DNA from: Neodothiora populina
Taxonomy: Eukaryota
Direction: 5' to 3'
Assembly (NCBI RefSeq): GCF_041146345.1
Contig: NW_027191406.1
Span: forward strand, 682,001 to 746,000
DNA length: 64,000 nt
The notes under the pieces are model-generated. The model was not told the DNA's origin, did no database searches, and saw nothing but the letters and a program-made list of their open reading frames with translations. Below, piece after piece: positions 60,405 to 64,000 of the stretch. The position numbers and the translations under genes were made by a program. How positions within the stretch are numbered: the first letter of the stretch is position 1; each line of letters starts with the position of its first letter.

Positions 60405-61650
60405 GAGCTAAGGAGCTCTTTTTGACGTGGTATCCAGTGCGATAAAGTGAAATAACTTCCCTTGTATCATCAAAACGGGGAGAGGAAATGGGCCTCGAGC
60501 TTATATAAAGGTACCATTTGTCGAATCGCCAAGCAAATGATCTTACCCGACTACAAACAAAATCACTCACATGCACCCGGCGCTGCGCCGGTCATTGGGG
60601 CTCTTAGGGTGGAACCTTCATTGGGCGCATGTGACTGCGCTTTGGTTTGTCCAAGTTGCCGCGAAGCAAGGCCCAAAAACGAACGTGGCGCTCGTTTCGG
60701 TCCAGAGCTGAACCCTGACTCGGGATTTGGAGCGCCTGCCACGGTTGACGCTACTCGTGGCCCTGTCAGATGCACTTGCTATTGTTTTAGTATCAAGCTT
60801 CCGGGTTCTCTAGCAAATCTACCGATACTGCGAAGCAAGATGGATTGCTGGCATATGAGTGTGGAAAACATTCAGGAGTATTCGTGTAGACGTGTTGGGT
60901 TCAATGCCTTCTCCCTAGGTAACCACGTATACCCGGCGGCTATGTTGTGATGGGTGGCACAAGTAACGTGAGCGAGCAGGATGATCCTCGGAAGGGGGCT
61001 TTCATAATTGAGATTTGATTAACGTTGAACGCGTTGTCTATCGGCGAAACATGGGCCTCCAGGCGTTAGGGCTCTATTGACACCAAGATGCCCGCTGTGC
61101 CAGCTTTGCTTCCACTTGTACTTTGGGCTCCATCTTCCTGACAATTCGAGAAACTCCGATTTAATAAACTCCGCACCATTGGAACCAGATTCTCCACGAT
61201 TGAATAGCGACTGGCGGTGGCAGGTATGGCTTGGTGTTAGAGATGGCGGCCTGGACCAACCTGACTGCTTAATCTTTCTATCGCTCAGAAGTCCCTGTGC
61301 CACCTGCTCAAGCTCCTGTATGGAATTACAGATCCGTCGATCCTATCCTTCTGTTACGGTGTAGGTGTGTGCTGCTGTCGTGTGTCTACAGTCAACGAAT
61401 AGTCACCGTCACTATGCAACGTGCTGACCACGTCACGGCTCAGCATGTGTCGCCAGACAACCGTGCTGTAATCTGTGTGACGTTTGTCAACAGATCGTCT
61501 TCTCAGGATCACCATCCAACAACACGTGCAACCATAGGTCGCTTAAACTGCCGTACACCGTGATACTGTGGTAGACCTCAAAGTAAAATTCATCGGCTTA
61601 CGCTCCTCTTGCGGACGATTTGGAAAACTTAAACCCTGTGGTACCTGAGC

Positions 61651-61662
61651 GCGGGGCCCCGC
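61651..61662. promoter_or_regulatory. Perfect palindrome made of two SYGGRG (CreA/Cre1-type) sites upstream of the mannanase
   Basis: GCGGGGCCCCGC at 61651-61662; a further CCCCGC at 61974-61979. Confidence 0.4.
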
Positions 61663-62323
61663 TTGTTCTGGATCATCCAACTGTCCGGTTATGATGATGG
61701 GCATACAATCAGCCCTGAAACACCCTCATGGAACCGCGGCATCACGAGCGTAATGGACACAGGTTCAATGTTTGGGCGTTTCACTCGCGCATGGTACGCA
61801 ATCTGACTAACCGCACGGATGTCCACTCATCTCTTCTATCGATTTCACTGTCTGGGAATCGCTAAGACTGAAGTCAGAACGCACTTTTTCGGCTTTTGCG
61901 AAAATCATAGAGCCGCTGAATACGAGATCGTGTCCGTATAATTGCCTTTCGCGAGGTCTTCGTTATGTCTTCACCCCGCAGACTCCATACTTTCCCCTCA
62001 CTTCCCAGATTAATCTTCTGTCACCATTGCTTAGCATCGCTCTATGAGGACGGAGGACAGTTTTGCCCAAGACTCGACTCCTCAAAGAACTTGCACTTCT
62101 TCCGTCCACACGAGGTTTGGATGTCTGTATCTATGTGACCATGCTCCATCTACACGGAGCAAGTTGCGCCGACTGCTACCATGCGTTCTATATATGAAAC
62201 GCATGCGGGACTCGATGTAACAGCGGACGATGGTATTCAGATCACACATAGATGAGTATAAGAGGAAGGCATTCTCGTCGAGGTAGGTGTTGAATCGTGC
62301 TCGGTGTCCGTCCAATTCCAGCC

Positions 62324-63581
62324 ATGAGATCCTGTGGTATTTCGCCTATTTGCAGTCTGCTGGCTGCCTCAGCCGGCCTTTCGTGGGCCGCTGATCCTTC
62401 GTATCCAATTTGTCAAAGCAAAGCAAACTTCGCTAAGACCATCGATGGTCGATACTTTGATTTCAATGGTACCGGCACGCCGAAATACTTTGCAGGGACC
62501 AACACTTGGTGGCTCTCTCAGATCATGAGTGATGCTGACGTCGACACCGTATTGAGCGAGATCAAGAAAGTGAGTTACATGTCATCTGCTGCTCCATTCA
62601 GCCGCCCGATCTGGGCGGCCTCACGAGTAGGGTACACTGACTGACGTCCAACATCAGACCCAGCTTCAGATCACCCGTGTATGGGGTTTCAGTAGTGTGA
62701 ACCAGGACCCTGGTCAATACGTCGTATGGTTCCAGCTTCTCAATAGTACCGGCTCTTACATCAATTATGCCGACAATGGCATCCCTCGCCTGGACGCAGC
62801 AGTCTCCTATGCCGAGAAGCACAATGTCAAGTTGGTGGTGAACTTCGTCAACAACTGGGGCGATCTCGGAGGCATCCCATCGTACAACACCGCGTTCGGC
62901 GGCGACGGCACTACTTGGTACACGGATGCCACCAGCCAGAAAGTCTACAGAGACTACATTGAGCTGTTGGTCAATCGTTACAAGTGCAGTCCAGCCATCT
63001 TTGCCTGGGAGTTGGCTAATGAGCCTCGCTGCCATGGATGCCCAACATCGACCATCTACGACTGGGCGAAGAACACGTCGTCTTACATCAAGCATTTAGA
63101 CCCTAACCACATGGTCACTCTCGGCGACGAAGGTTGGTTCGGTTCTCCTGACAATATCGGTGATGGCTCCTATGCCTACGGAGGAGGTGAGGGAGTTGAC
63201 TTTGTCCTCAATCTCGGCATTGACACCCTCGACTATGGTACCTTCCATCTCTACCCCGACAGCTGGAACTACAACGAGACATGGGGATCAACATGGATCA
63301 AGGAACATGATACCGCTGGCGCAGCAGTTGGCAAACCAGTCGTGCTCGAGGAGTACGGCGGTCCTCAGACCGCTCACGATCATGCCTCTGTCGAGGGTCC
63401 GTGGCAGGATACTGTGCTCAAGGACACCAAGATTGCGGCGGACCAGTTCTGGCAGTTCGCTACGATTAATCTGACGACCGGGAACAGCCAATATGATGTC
63501 AATGCTATTTGGTACAATGACACCGAGTATACTACTCTGGCAAGGGAGCATGCGGCGGCGATGCTCGACAAGGCCATTTAG
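62324..63581 (+). CDS. Secreted GH5 endo-1,4-beta-mannanase (subfamily 7-like), no carbohydrate-binding module
   Basis: Exons 62324-62569 and 62658-63581. Signal peptide; YFAGTNTWW; RVWGF; FVNNWGDLGG; AWELANEPRC (acid/base Glu); HMVTLGDEG; FHLYP; KPVVLEEYG (nucleophile Glu). Confidence 0.93.
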
Positions 63582-64000
63582 CGCTGTAGCTCGAGCTGTG
63601 CTGAAACGAGGCTGTGTCTCAAATGAAGCGAAGCACCTTTGGAGTAAATTACCCTGGGTAATAGAAGCAATGTGCACGATTTTGACGCTGGGACGTTATA
63701 TCTACTATTAGATATTAGACGTCTAATCTCAGAGCTGACTTTCGCAATTGGACCAATCTCGTTGAGTCAGACAGTGCTTTTATGATTGAGGTGTGTTTGG
63801 TAAGAGGGGTGTCCAATCAATTTGCAACATTGAGCACGTGAAGCCTGATCATATTCATCAATTTGAATGTATGTAGACAGGGTCGCCCTATATTCGTAGA
63901 TTGCACAAAGACGAGTGCTTCTTTTCAGACCAATGGAAATCGTACAATAATTTATACATACACTTTTGCTGTAACTTGATAGCCAAAAGTGCAAAGGACT

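Overview
Gene-dense stretch of a filamentous-ascomycete nuclear chromosome (Pezizomycotina, probably Dothideomycetes; inferred from short GT-AG introns with CTRAY branch sites and from the protein families). I could build 28 spliced or unspliced gene models by hand. The recognisable housekeeping genes are VTS1 (partial), a C2H2 factor, a SprT/GCNA-type protease, MOG1, BUD20, ACO1, RPL29, a CP2/Grainyhead-like factor, a LACTB2-like metallo-beta-lactamase, EFM5, HNT1, GAA1, RBD2, an acyl-protein thioesterase, VPS71, CYC3, YIP1, HRI1, VMA6, a Hub1 with an RS/RD-rich extension, GPI15, DEG1 and a GH5 beta-mannanase. Five further models are hypothetical proteins. There is also one probable pseudogene relic and several microsatellites. 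I found no tRNA, rRNA, snRNA, transposon or secondary-metabolite cluster, and I cannot support a new multi-gene system. The items most worth a second look are: single-base C-run frameshifts in ACO1, the metallo-beta-lactamase and probably an orphan gene (most likely assembly errors); the RS-domain/Hub1 fusion; an in-frame upstream mitochondrial-type presequence on DEG1; a strong hairpin with a Smaug/Vts1-type CNGGN loop in an RPL29 intron; a ~900-nt AUG-free VTS1 leader; a stop-interrupted relic ORF upstream of VMA6; and a recurrent intergenic TACAGTA/TACTGTA motif. All family assignments come from motif recognition by eye; no database search was run.
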